Assembly (NCBI RefSeq): GCF_001017655.1
Contig: NZ_CP010904.1
Coordinates: 1,770,001 to 1,802,000, forward strand
Origin: Kiritimatiella glycovorans
GTDB lineage: Bacteria > Verrucomicrobiota > Kiritimatiellia > Kiritimatiellales > Kiritimatiellaceae
DNA: 32,000 nt
Direction: 5' to 3'
Both the position numbers and the translations under genes were made by a program. The notes below the pieces were generated by a model. It made no database searches. It saw only the letters and a list, made by a program, of their open reading frames with translations, and was not told where the DNA came from. This document shows, piece by piece, positions 17,423 through 24,938 of the stretch (position 1 is the first letter of the stretch; each line of letters opens with the position of its first letter).

Positions 17423-18970
17423 ATGAGTGACAATAGCGTCCTTGAAGCCCTTGGACAAGTTGAACCGTCTGCAGCAGGAGATGTTTTCCGTGACTGGCTG
17501 CGTGGTGAAATGCGAACCCTGATCGCCGATATTCTGGCTGAAGAGGTCACAGAACTGTGTGGTCCGGCCTACAAGCCGGCAGGGGACAGAGGCTGCCGAC
17601 GTGCCGGCGGAACCCGCGTAGGACTTCGAATTGACGGTATTGATGAGGAGATCCGCAAGCCGCGTGTACGTCGCCATGAGGCAGACACATCGAAGGAGGT
17701 CAGGCTTAAAAGTTACGACGCGGTCAACAGGGCCGACGACCTTCGTGACCGTATCTTGCGTGCCACAGCTGCCGGAGTCAGTTCACGTGATCAGAAAACC
17801 TTGTATCCCGATTCAGCGCCCGGACGCAGCAGGGTTTCCCGCGCCTGGATTGTCGAGGGCCGACAGCGCATACAGAAGCTCCGTGACCGCGACCTGAAGT
17901 CCGAGAGGTTCTTCTGCATGCTGCTGGACGGCATTGTACTGTCCGAGGATCTCAGCGCCATTGTGGGGCTGGGCATTACGCTGGACGGCCGCAAAGTTAT
18001 GCTGGATTTTGAAATAGGCGCACAGGAATCGACAGAAGTGTGTGACGCATTGCTCGACCGCAGCCGTTCTCATTATGGCCGCATTCCGACCGCGGACGGC
18101 GTGGCAGCCGTCCCTCCCGAGTCGATATCCGACGCATTTTCGGGCACTGGGAGGGTCGGGTGCCACCCCGACCGAAAAGGGTGAAGCCATAATGAGAATC
18201 GCTGGCTCGACCGGCTTGTCCACCGCGGTCTTGAGTTCGAGGGCGATCCGTTGGCGGTTCTCGACGGTTCTCGGGCACTTCATAACAGCGTCTTGAAGCA
18301 TTTTCCGCGAGCGCGCATTCAACGATGCCTGGTGCATAAGGAACGAAATATTAAGCGTTGTCTCTCCAGGCGTCATCACGGCAGCGTGAGCGACGTTTTC
18401 AAGCGTCTCCGCTCCGTGGAAGGCGAAGAAGCCGGACGTGAAGCACTCGCCGATCTGGAACGCTTTCTGAGCCGGCACAGCCACAAGGCCCTGGAATCCC
18501 TGCACGAGGCCGGTGAGGAGCTCATTACGGTTCACAAGCTGAATGCGCCGTCCACTCTACACACCACGTTGACGAACACAAACTGCATCGAGAACCCGTT
18601 CCGAAACACACGCGCAAAAATCGGGCGGGTGAAGCGTTGGCGCGCAGAGACGGATCAGGCGGAACGCTGGCTGGCCTATTCGCTTCTGAGGGCCGAGAAA
18701 GGGTTCCGTCGAATCAAAGGCTATCGTCAGATCCCGGTGCTTTTGAAATCCCTGGGCTGGCCATCGGAAGCTGTTGAGGCGTCGCTCCGCTCCGCCCTTG
18801 GCCCTCCGGGCCATCCCGCCTCCGGCGGGAACGGGCTCCACTCCACGACGCCTCACCCCCAGGCAGAGAGCGAAGCGAACTGCCGAACAGGGACTGGACA
18901 AGTGAATGACAAGGAACTACATCGAAATGAAGACCGAGACCGCCAACGAGTTTCAACAGGATTCGGGACA
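17423..18970 (+). pseudogene. IS256-family (mutator-type) transposase, interrupted by the MITE
   Basis: ATG 17423 follows AAGGAGA. Hallmarks are LDG...GI..DG.K..L, ES...., and after the insert RGLEF..., VLDGS.AL, FPRARIQRCLVHKERN and NCIENPF. An in-frame TGA at 18182 lies inside the MITE. The downstream frame stays open to 19078, beyond the right IR. Confidence 0.8.
18061..18204 (+). mobile_element. MITE-like element, copy 3 (144 bp, complete, nested in the transposase gene)
   Basis: Same TIRs as copy 1, flanked by a perfect 9-bp direct repeat GCTCGACCG (18052-18060 and 18205-18213). Removing the element plus one repeat restores ...CDALLDRLVHRGLEFEGDPLAVLDGS... in frame. Confidence 0.9.
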
Positions 18971-19063
18971 TCCCCCGACGCGCGCGCGAAGCGAATGCGT
19001 CCAGAGCACGAGCAGATAGACCGCGATCGCTTCGACCAAAAGTATGACTACACTGTGATTCAT
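18955..19063 (-). pseudogene. 5' fragment of a membrane-protein gene cut off by the IS256-family element
   Basis: ATG 19063 follows GAAGGGG. It encodes the hydrophobic MNHSVVILLVEAIAVYLLVLWTHSLRARVG..., and the frame terminates inside the IS right IR. Confidence 0.3.
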
Positions 19064-19147
19064 AGCCCCTTCGGTTAAACAGGATCATTGTACTCGGGTT
19101 TTTCGGGTCCGGCAACAGCAATGAGACACCGCACCGGACCGCCCGGA

Positions 19148-19825
19148 TCACGCCAGCAGCGCGGCCAGCAGGCCGGAGATGACGATGCCGTCGAACGTCC
19201 CCGCCCCGCCGATGCTGGCGAACCCGGTGCTGACGCGGCCGATCTCCCGCAGGTGCAGCAGGTCGGCGCCGATCAGCGGACCGAGCACGCCCGCGGTAAA
19301 GGCGACGGCGGGCGCAGCCTCCGGCGCGAAGAGCAGCGCGTAGGCCGCGGCGACCAGGCCCGGCACGAAGGCGGGCATGGCGATCCCGATGCCGGAGACG
19401 GGGCGGGCGAGGTAGTAGCACACCGCGGTATTGAGCGCGATGCCGACCAGACCGGTCATCAGAACGCCGCCCGGGAGTCCCGCCAGCCGCAGCAGTTCAT
19501 AGGCGGCGATCAGTACGGGAATGACGCACCCGCCCACATTGACGGCGATGAGGGTATAGGGGCGCAGCGCGGCCGAGTGATGAAAGAGGCGGTCGAGGCC
19601 GAGCAGGCCGGAGGGATTGATTTCATAGACCTCGTCACGCGGGATCTTCTTCACGGGGATATTCATCATCCCGCCGACGAAGATGCCCACCACCAGCAGC
19701 AGCGAGGTGCGCGGACTCAGTCCCAGCCGCATCAGGGCGGTCGACATGATATCGGCCAGAAAGAGCGGGAACAGCAGGATAAGCACGAAAAACAGGATCA
19801 GCGACAGGCAGCCCAGTCGAACCAT
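19148..19825 (-). CDS. DUF1614-like integral membrane protein
   Basis: About six hydrophobic segments and a C-terminal GGAGTFDGIVISGLLA motif, as I recall for DUF1614. No other recognisable domain. Confidence 0.55.
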   Translation of the reverse strand: MVRLGCLSLILFFVLILLFPLFLADIMSTALMRLGLSPRTSLLLVVGIFVGGMMNIPVKKIPRDEVYEINPSGLLGLDRLFHHSAALRPYTLIAVNVGGCVIPVLIAAYELLRLAGLPGGVLMTGLVGIALNTAVCYYLARPVSGIGIAMPAFVPGLVAAAYALLFAPEAAPAVAFTAGVLGPLIGADLLHLREIGRVSTGFASIGGAGTFDGIVISGLLAALLA

Positions 19826-20021
19826 GATATCTTCATCCTCCGGTTGATGCTATTACACCCCTATGCTTCGAGCCCTCGCAGCCGACGGACGTTCATTATC
19901 CGCGCGGCACCCCGGTTTCGCAAACTCCGCGATGAAGCTTCTCTTCAGCTTTGATCCGGTTTAGGGTGGCACCGTTGCATGGTGCCGCACAAGCGCGCCT
20001 CACACCGAAAGGAGCCCGGAG

Positions 20022-21686
20022 ATGAAAAAGCTGATTCCCATTATCATAATCATCGCGGTTGCCATCTTTGTCGCGGAGTTCGCGGTGCGCCGGATGGCCG
20101 GGCCCGCGCTGCCTCCCGGCAGAACGCTATACGCGCCGAATACCTTCTACTATTTCGGCATGCAGAACGCTCCCGGCATGGGAGCTTACCTCGCGATGAC
20201 CGATCAGGGTGAAGGACTGAGCGAGACCTTCGACATGGACACCGCGGAGGCGGAGGCCTGGGAAAGCTGGATCGACCGGATTCGCGGCGTGCATTTCGGT
20301 GTGGAATCGTTCGCTGTCGCGCCCGTGGCGGTACATGCGGCGCTGGTGCTGGACGGCAGCTTTGAGACCTCCCCCGTGCCGCTGCTCCCCGAAGAGGCTG
20401 CCGAAAAACTGAAGCCGCTCGAGCCCTACCGCGAAGTCGGCATCACCTCGGTGGATATGCCCGCCGATGCGCCCGGGGAACTGGGGATATTCATCACCGA
20501 ACCGCACCAAAACCGGGTGGTCGTCGGCCTGAGCCTCGAGACCGTGAAGGGAATCATCGACCGCATGGAGGACGGCGGACCGTCGCTCGCCGACAGCGAG
20601 GCCCTGCAACGTCTCTACCGCGAGGTCGGCGCCGGGAAGGCCGACATGGTCCAGTACGTCGATACGCAGCGCTACATTGACGAACTCTTCGCCGCGCTCA
20701 CCGCCCTGCCCTTCCCCACCGGCCAGCAGGGGCTCGGCTTCATGAACAAGACGCTGCGCGAGCAGGGTCTGTCGATCATCCGCGACATCTTCCGGCTGGA
20801 AGACTTCGGTCCGGGGATATCGGTAAGTGACGCCCCGTTCCACCAGGTGACCTCCTGCAGCGAAGTCGATCCCGACAATCCCTTCTACCGCCTGCTCGAG
20901 CCCGACGGGACGATCGAGCTTCCGCGCGTACCGGCCTCGGCTTACCGCGTGCAGTTCTGGCGTCTTTCGGACCCCGTACTGGCCCGGGAAAAACTGGAGG
21001 GACTCGTCCGGGAGGCCTTCCGCAGGATGCGCGAAATCGCCGGACCGCAGACCAAGATCCCGGGTGCGCCGGTGGCCGCGTTCGAGGCGCTGGCCGGGTT
21101 CAGGCTTGCGGACCTGGATGCCCTCTGGAACGGCGAAATCGGACTGTGGCAGGGCACCAACCCCGCGAATCTCCAACAGCCCAGAATGTGTTTCGTCCTC
21201 GGGCTCAAGGATCCCCCCGCGATGCAAGATTTCCTGCGCCATCTTCCGGCGCTCAAAAACGCGGAGCTGACCGAACGCGGGGGCATCACCTCGTTCGGCC
21301 AGGCGGTCCACTGGCATTACACCGGCGGCGACCGTCTCCTGATCTCGGCCGACCGGGCGTTCCTCGCGGAGAGCATCGATGCCTCCGCGCAGGTGCTCAA
21401 CGACCGCGAGTGGTTCCGGAAAAAACGGGCCGCGCTTCCGGATGAGAGCACCCTGATCCAGTACACCGACTACGGCGCGATGCTCTCGCCGGCCTTCGCC
21501 CGGGCCGCCACGACAACAGCGCCTCTCCGGGATCTCTTCTCCGCGATGGAGGACTTCCGCGTCATGGCCGGGACCCACGCCGCCGACGGGCTCCTGAAGA
21601 CGCGCACCTGGAGCAGCTTTGAGTTCGACGCCGACCGCTTCCGTCGCGCGCTCGAAAAGCTGGCCGCGGAACGTTCCGGGGAATGA
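20022..21686 (+). CDS. Hypothetical membrane-anchored/secreted protein (554 aa)
   Basis: ATG follows AAGGAGCCCGGAG. N-terminal anchor MKKLIPIIIIIAVAIFVAEFAV. High GC3. No motif I can name. Confidence 0.6.
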   Translation: MKKLIPIIIIIAVAIFVAEFAVRRMAGPALPPGRTLYAPNTFYYFGMQNAPGMGAYLAMTDQGEGLSETFDMDTAEAEAWESWIDRIRGVHFGVESFAVAPVAVHAALVLDGSFETSPVPLLPEEAAEKLKPLEPYREVGITSVDMPADAPGELGIFITEPHQNRVVVGLSLETVKGIIDRMEDGGPSLADSEALQRLYREVGAGKADMVQYVDTQRYIDELFAALTALPFPTGQQGLGFMNKTLREQGLSIIRDIFRLEDFGPGISVSDAPFHQVTSCSEVDPDNPFYRLLEPDGTIELPRVPASAYRVQFWRLSDPVLAREKLEGLVREAFRRMREIAGPQTKIPGAPVAAFEALAGFRLADLDALWNGEIGLWQGTNPANLQQPRMCFVLGLKDPPAMQDFLRHLPALKNAELTERGGITSFGQAVHWHYTGGDRLLISADRAFLAESIDASAQVLNDREWFRKKRAALPDESTLIQYTDYGAMLSPAFARAATTTAPLRDLFSAMEDFRVMAGTHAADGLLKTRTWSSFEFDADRFRRALEKLAAERSGE

Positions 21687-21690
21687 ACAA
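21662..21690. repeat. Left copy of the 29-bp direct repeat bracketing the TA/IS30 islet
   Basis: GGCCGCGGAACGTTCCGGGGAATGAACAA covers the last codons and TGA of CDS 20022-21686. It recurs at 24849-24877 with 2 mismatches. Confidence 0.8.
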
Positions 21691-21838
21691 AACTAAACAG
21701 AAAACAATCAATGATCCCTTCCAATCGCCAGTCATGCATTAGGCGGACCCCTTTACTGTCTGGGGAACGACCCGCCTGAGCCTCGCCGGTGGAGCGCAGC
21801 GGAACCGGCGTAGCGCTCCAGGCGGATGTTCGGCGCCC

Positions 21839-22183
21839 TCATCGCCCGAGAATGACGTCAATTCCGTTGATGACGGCAGTCACATGCCGGGGCGCCAGTT
21901 TCCCAACTCGCTCTGCGATTTGGCTGCGGTCTAAGGCAACGATCAAGGAGACCTTCGCAACGGAGTCCTTCGGGAGCCCCGTCGCCGACGACTTCAGCAA
22001 CACATTGCCGGGAGCTGAGGCCCATTTGGTGTCGCTTGTGAGGGGGACGCAGACAACCGTGCCGATTCGGCTTCGATTGATGGCATCGCATTGGACCACC
22101 AAGACCGGGCGGCTGAAACCCGGGCCTGAGCCCGTTGGCTCGTCCAGTTCTGCCCAGCACACATCGCCTTGGCTGACTACCAT
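21839..22183 (-). CDS. mazF: Type II toxin, MazF/PemK family endoribonuclease
   Basis: GDVCWAELDEPTGSGPGFSRPVLVVQCDAIN...VVCVPLTS...GLPKDSVAKVSLIVALD matches the PemK pattern. Overlaps the antitoxin gene by 7 nt. Confidence 0.85.
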   Translation of the reverse strand: MVVSQGDVCWAELDEPTGSGPGFSRPVLVVQCDAINRSRIGTVVCVPLTSDTKWASAPGNVLLKSSATGLPKDSVAKVSLIVALDRSQIAERVGKLAPRHVTAVINGIDVILGR

Positions 22184-22413
22184 TCGGAACGCCGCAACGT
22201 CTGCCGTGCGGCCCTCCGGGTGAATTCGTCAGGTTCTGCCCCGACCTCCTCCAGAACGGTGTTCATGGAGGAGGTGATTTTGTCGTCCTCGTGCTGGACG
22301 ACGAAATCGGCCAGCGCTCGCGCGTACAACTGACTGCGCGACGTGTGCAGGCGGCGGGCAAGCCGCTCTCCCTGCTCGAATACGTCATCCGGAATAGATA
22401 CTGCGGCTTTCAT
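22177..22413 (-). CDS. mazE: Type II antitoxin, ribbon-helix-helix (CopG/MazE-like)
   Basis: MKAAVSIPDDVFEQGERLARRLHTSRSQLYARALADFV is an RHH fold signature. Its position is directly upstream of mazF. Confidence 0.7.
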   Translation of the reverse strand: MKAAVSIPDDVFEQGERLARRLHTSRSQLYARALADFVVQHEDDKITSSMNTVLEEVGAEPDEFTRRAARQTLRRSEW

Positions 22414-22420
22414 ACCCGTA

Positions 22421-22448
22421 GTATTACCTCTGAATGCGATGGCGTCAA
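22421..22448 (-). promoter_or_regulatory. Candidate sigma70-type promoter of mazEF
   Basis: The minus strand reads TTGACG-N16-TAATAC, ending 7 nt before the mazE ATG. This would imply a nearly leaderless mRNA. Confidence 0.3.
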
Positions 22449-22667
22449 CTCGCTTTCCTGCCGCCGAACGGCCGCGTCGCAATCAACGCGGCCATTCCCC
22501 GGACGCTGGCGTCCGGGGAACGCTTCACCTAACGGGAAGAGAGGGTTATCAGCCCGCACATTGCGTCATTTTATCCCTGGATGTGCAGGTTTTTTAGAGG
22601 GCGGCAATCCTCACGGATCAGGAGGCCAGGTGAGCGAAAAGGGACCAGGGTGAATATGATTCGCCTT

Positions 22668-22761
22668 CGTACTCGTACGCATACTCGGAGCGTCGAAGAC
22701 GCGATCCTTTTTCCAACTCAAGAGATCGAGCACGAGTACCGCTTCGCTGAGTACGAGTACG
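22668..22761. repeat. Long imperfect inverted repeat built from GAGTAC-type hexamers
   Basis: CGTACTCGTAC (22668-22678) pairs perfectly with GTACGAGTACG (22751-22761). GGAGCG/CGCUUC adds 6 more pairs (one G-U). The loop is about 47 nt. Confidence 0.6.
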
Positions 22762-22965
22762 ATGTGACGCGAGCGGACTTGCCGCCGCTCACCATAAAAA
22801 TCCACGAATAACCTTTTTTACGTTATTCCCCCCGCACATCACATGATACACCACACCTCACCGCTCATGACGACTCCTCGACCTTGACATGGGAGAAAGC
22901 TATCACCGGAACGAAAAACTTTTCGTCATTCCAAATGACGCAATGTGCGGGCCTTTCTCTTTCTG

Positions 22966-23280
22966 CTACTTCTCCCGGTTTCTCTGATCGAGCAGGTACG
23001 TCCGGAGCAACCGTTCTGATCGCATAACGCACAGAATGTACACGGCATCTCCCTCGATACGGTAGAACACGCGGCACGGCGGGACGACGACTTCCCGGTA
23101 AGGCGAGCGTGGCAGCTCAGGTGGTCGCTTCCCCGATTTCTGGTGGGCTTCGAGTCGTTCGACGCGATCAAATACTCTCTGGACGTATCGGGATGCGGCA
23201 AGAGGATCGTCGAGCGCAATGTACTCGGCGATCTCCTCAAGATCCAGCAACGCGGGTTCGGTCCAGATCAACCGAGCCAT
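22966..23280 (-). CDS. parE: Type II toxin, ParE/RelE family
   Basis: MARLIWTEPALLDLEEIAEYIA.D.P.AA.R....F......L......G....EL......REVVV.PCRVFYRIEGDAVYILCVMRSER is the ParE pattern. Overlaps phd by 13 nt. Confidence 0.85.
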   Translation of the reverse strand: MARLIWTEPALLDLEEIAEYIALDDPLAASRYVQRVFDRVERLEAHQKSGKRPPELPRSPYREVVVPPCRVFYRIEGDAVYILCVMRSERLLRTYLLDQRNREK

Positions 23281-23525
23281 TTCTTCATCTTTCGTCTAGC
23301 CTCGGCATGCGAGAAGGTGCGCTTTTCCAGCATCGCGCGCTCTCCGCGCGCGATGCCCTCAAGAATGCGCATCCGATCCTGCATGAACTCGTATGAATCC
23401 ACGTCAACCAGATAGGCCGAGGGTTTCCCGTGTTCCGTGATGAGCACCGGTTCACCCGTGTCATGGAGGTCCGACAAAACGCGAGTCGCTTGGCGCTTGA
23501 GCGTTGTGACAAGTTCTGTTTTCAT
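23268..23525 (-). CDS. phd: Type II antitoxin, Phd/YefM family
   Basis: LKRQATRVLSDLHDTGEPVLITEHGKPSAYLVDVDSYE is the Phd/YefM N-terminal signature. Confidence 0.85.
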   Translation of the reverse strand: MKTELVTTLKRQATRVLSDLHDTGEPVLITEHGKPSAYLVDVDSYEFMQDRMRILEGIARGERAMLEKRTFSHAEARRKMKKWLG

Positions 23526-23530
23526 AATGA

Positions 23531-23550
23531 AGTGATACTATAGTGACACT
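23531..23550. promoter_or_regulatory. Candidate operator palindrome of phd-parE
   Basis: AGTGATACTATAGTGACACT is a 16/20 self-complementary palindrome 5 nt upstream of the phd ATG. It contains TATAGT on the coding strand. Confidence 0.4.
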
Positions 23551-23586
23551 TTTGCGTCAAGTCTTTCTCTCGCTTCCAACGCAGCG

Positions 23587-24794
23587 TGAGAAGTGTAATG
23601 TGAAATGCCGCAGGTATAGGAGAGAGCGTTCCATGCCGTGGTTCGCTATCCTTTGTGGTCTTACAACAGGACAACAGAGGAAGGAGACGGCATGGAACAG
23701 AATCAGAATAGCAGGAAGGGCAAGCACTTGACGAGGGTGGAGCGCATGGTGATTGAGCGGATGTCCCGTGGGGGGATCCCCCCACGGGACATCGCGGCCG
23801 CCTTGGAGCGTCACCCGCGTACGATCCAGCGTGAGCTCAAGCGCGGGACGGTGACCCACCGGGACTCGGAGTGGCGGGAATACCGGACCTACAGCAGCGA
23901 TCGCGGCCAGGACCTCCATGATTACCACGCCACCGCAAGGGGGCCCGGTCTGAGGCTGGGCCGCAACTATGCGCTGGCCGAATTCATCCGTTGCCGCATT
24001 GTGGAACATAAGGAATCGCCCGATGTAGTCGCCTTTCGGATGCGTCAGGCCGGTCTGGAGGAGGTGGTGTGCACCAAGACGATCTATAACTACATCGATA
24101 AAGGCGTCATTTTCGGGCTCAGCAACGAGTCACTGTGGGAGAAGCGTAAGCGAGCCAAGCGGCGCAAACGCGGCGCTCGGCGGTTGGCGAAGCGGATTTC
24201 CAAAGGCAAAAGCATCGACCAGCGTCCCGAAGGAGCCGAGACGCGCGAGGAGTTCGGACACTGGGAGATGGACCTGGTGACCGGCCCCACGCGCGGGTCC
24301 AATGCCGCCCTATTGACCCTGGTGGAACGCAGACATCGGATCACGATCATTCGCAAGCTGCCTGATAAGAGCCAAGCCAGCGTGCTCAAAGTTCTCAGAG
24401 GGCTCGAGCGTGAACATGGCTCCCGCTGCTTCCGTCAGATCTTCAAGACCATCACGGTCGACAACGGCAGCGAGTTCCTGGACTTCGAAGCCTTAGAAGC
24501 CTCTTCCTTCTCGAAGCAACAGCGAACCCAGATCTTCTACGCCCACCCATACTCATCCTGGGAACGCGGATCGAACGAGAACGGCAACAGGATGATCAGA
24601 CGGTTCGTGGCCAAGGGCCGGGATATCGCGCGCTTTACCAAGCAGAAAATCCGCGACATCGAGCTATGGATCAATAACTACCCGCGCCGGATCCTCGACT
24701 TCATGACCCCTCACGAACTCTTCACGAACGAACTCAAAACGATCTCATAAATGAAACAAGACCACTACATGCGGCATTTGGGTTTACAACCTAC
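23587..24794 (+). mobile_element. IS30-family insertion sequence (1208 bp)
   Basis: Imperfect IRs share ...GT(G)TAA...AAATGCCGCA at both ends. Bounded by an identical 16-bp direct repeat CGCTTCCAACGCAGCG (23571-23586 and 24795-24810). Confidence 0.8.
23692..24750 (+). CDS. IS30-family transposase (intact)
   Basis: ATG follows AGGAAGGAGA. N-terminal HTH region HLTRVERMVIERMSRGGIPPRDIAAALERHPRTIQRELKRG. DDE region HWEMDLV..., TVDNGSEF, SWERGSNENGNRMIRRF. Confidence 0.9.
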   Translation: MEQNQNSRKGKHLTRVERMVIERMSRGGIPPRDIAAALERHPRTIQRELKRGTVTHRDSEWREYRTYSSDRGQDLHDYHATARGPGLRLGRNYALAEFIRCRIVEHKESPDVVAFRMRQAGLEEVVCTKTIYNYIDKGVIFGLSNESLWEKRKRAKRRKRGARRLAKRISKGKSIDQRPEGAETREEFGHWEMDLVTGPTRGSNAALLTLVERRHRITIIRKLPDKSQASVLKVLRGLEREHGSRCFRQIFKTITVDNGSEFLDFEALEASSFSKQQRTQIFYAHPYSSWERGSNENGNRMIRRFVAKGRDIARFTKQKIRDIELWINNYPRRILDFMTPHELFTNELKTIS

Positions 24795-24848
24795 CGCTTC
24801 CAACGCAGCGCATGAGGCTCAAAATGGAAGAGAGGGTCCCCCATTAGA

Positions 24849-24877
24849 GGCCGCGGAACATTCCGGGGAATGAGCAA
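24849..24877. repeat. Right copy of the 29-bp direct repeat bracketing the TA/IS30 islet
   Basis: GGCCGCGGAACATTCCGGGGAATGAGCAA matches 27/29 with 21662-21690 and keeps the same reading frame and TGA. Confidence 0.8.
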
Positions 24878-24913
24878 CAAAAAGAGGCGCAGGATCGCCT
24901 GATCCTGCGCCTC
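24875..24913 (-). terminator. Rho-independent terminator downstream of pckG
   Basis: Perfect stem GAGGCGCAGGATC / GATCCTGCGCCTC with a 4-nt loop, followed on the minus strand by TTTTTGTTG. It begins 26 nt after the pckG stop. Confidence 0.7.
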
Positions 24914-24938
24914 CGGCGTTCCCGGACGGGAGGAGCGT

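Larger units (their letters stand above)
17336..18970 (+). mobile_element. IS256-family insertion sequence (carrying a nested MITE)
   Basis: The ~30-bp imperfect terminal IRs are TGTCCCGTTGACTGTTGAAACTTGAAGGCG (left) and the reverse complement of CGCCAACGAGTTTCAACAGGATTCGGGACA (right). It encodes a mutator-type transposase. No flanking target duplication. Confidence 0.75.

Noticed and set aside
19967-19986. The TGGCACCGTTGCATGGTGCC sequence upstream of CDS 20022 looks like a sigma54 promoter or an NtrC box.
   Set aside because: The GG-to-GC spacing is 3 nt too short for a -24/-12 promoter. The GGCACC-N7-GGTGCC dyad has a spacer 2 nt longer than the NtrC consensus. It may just be a 5' leader hairpin or an unrelated operator.
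21735-21780. TTAGGCGG...CCGCCTGA inverted repeats next to the TA cassettes raised the idea of integron attC sites (chromosomal integron cassettes often carry TA genes).
   Set aside because: The order of the core-like motifs is reversed relative to attC (RYYYAAC ... GTTRRRY). No comparable site follows the second TA cassette, and no intI is present.
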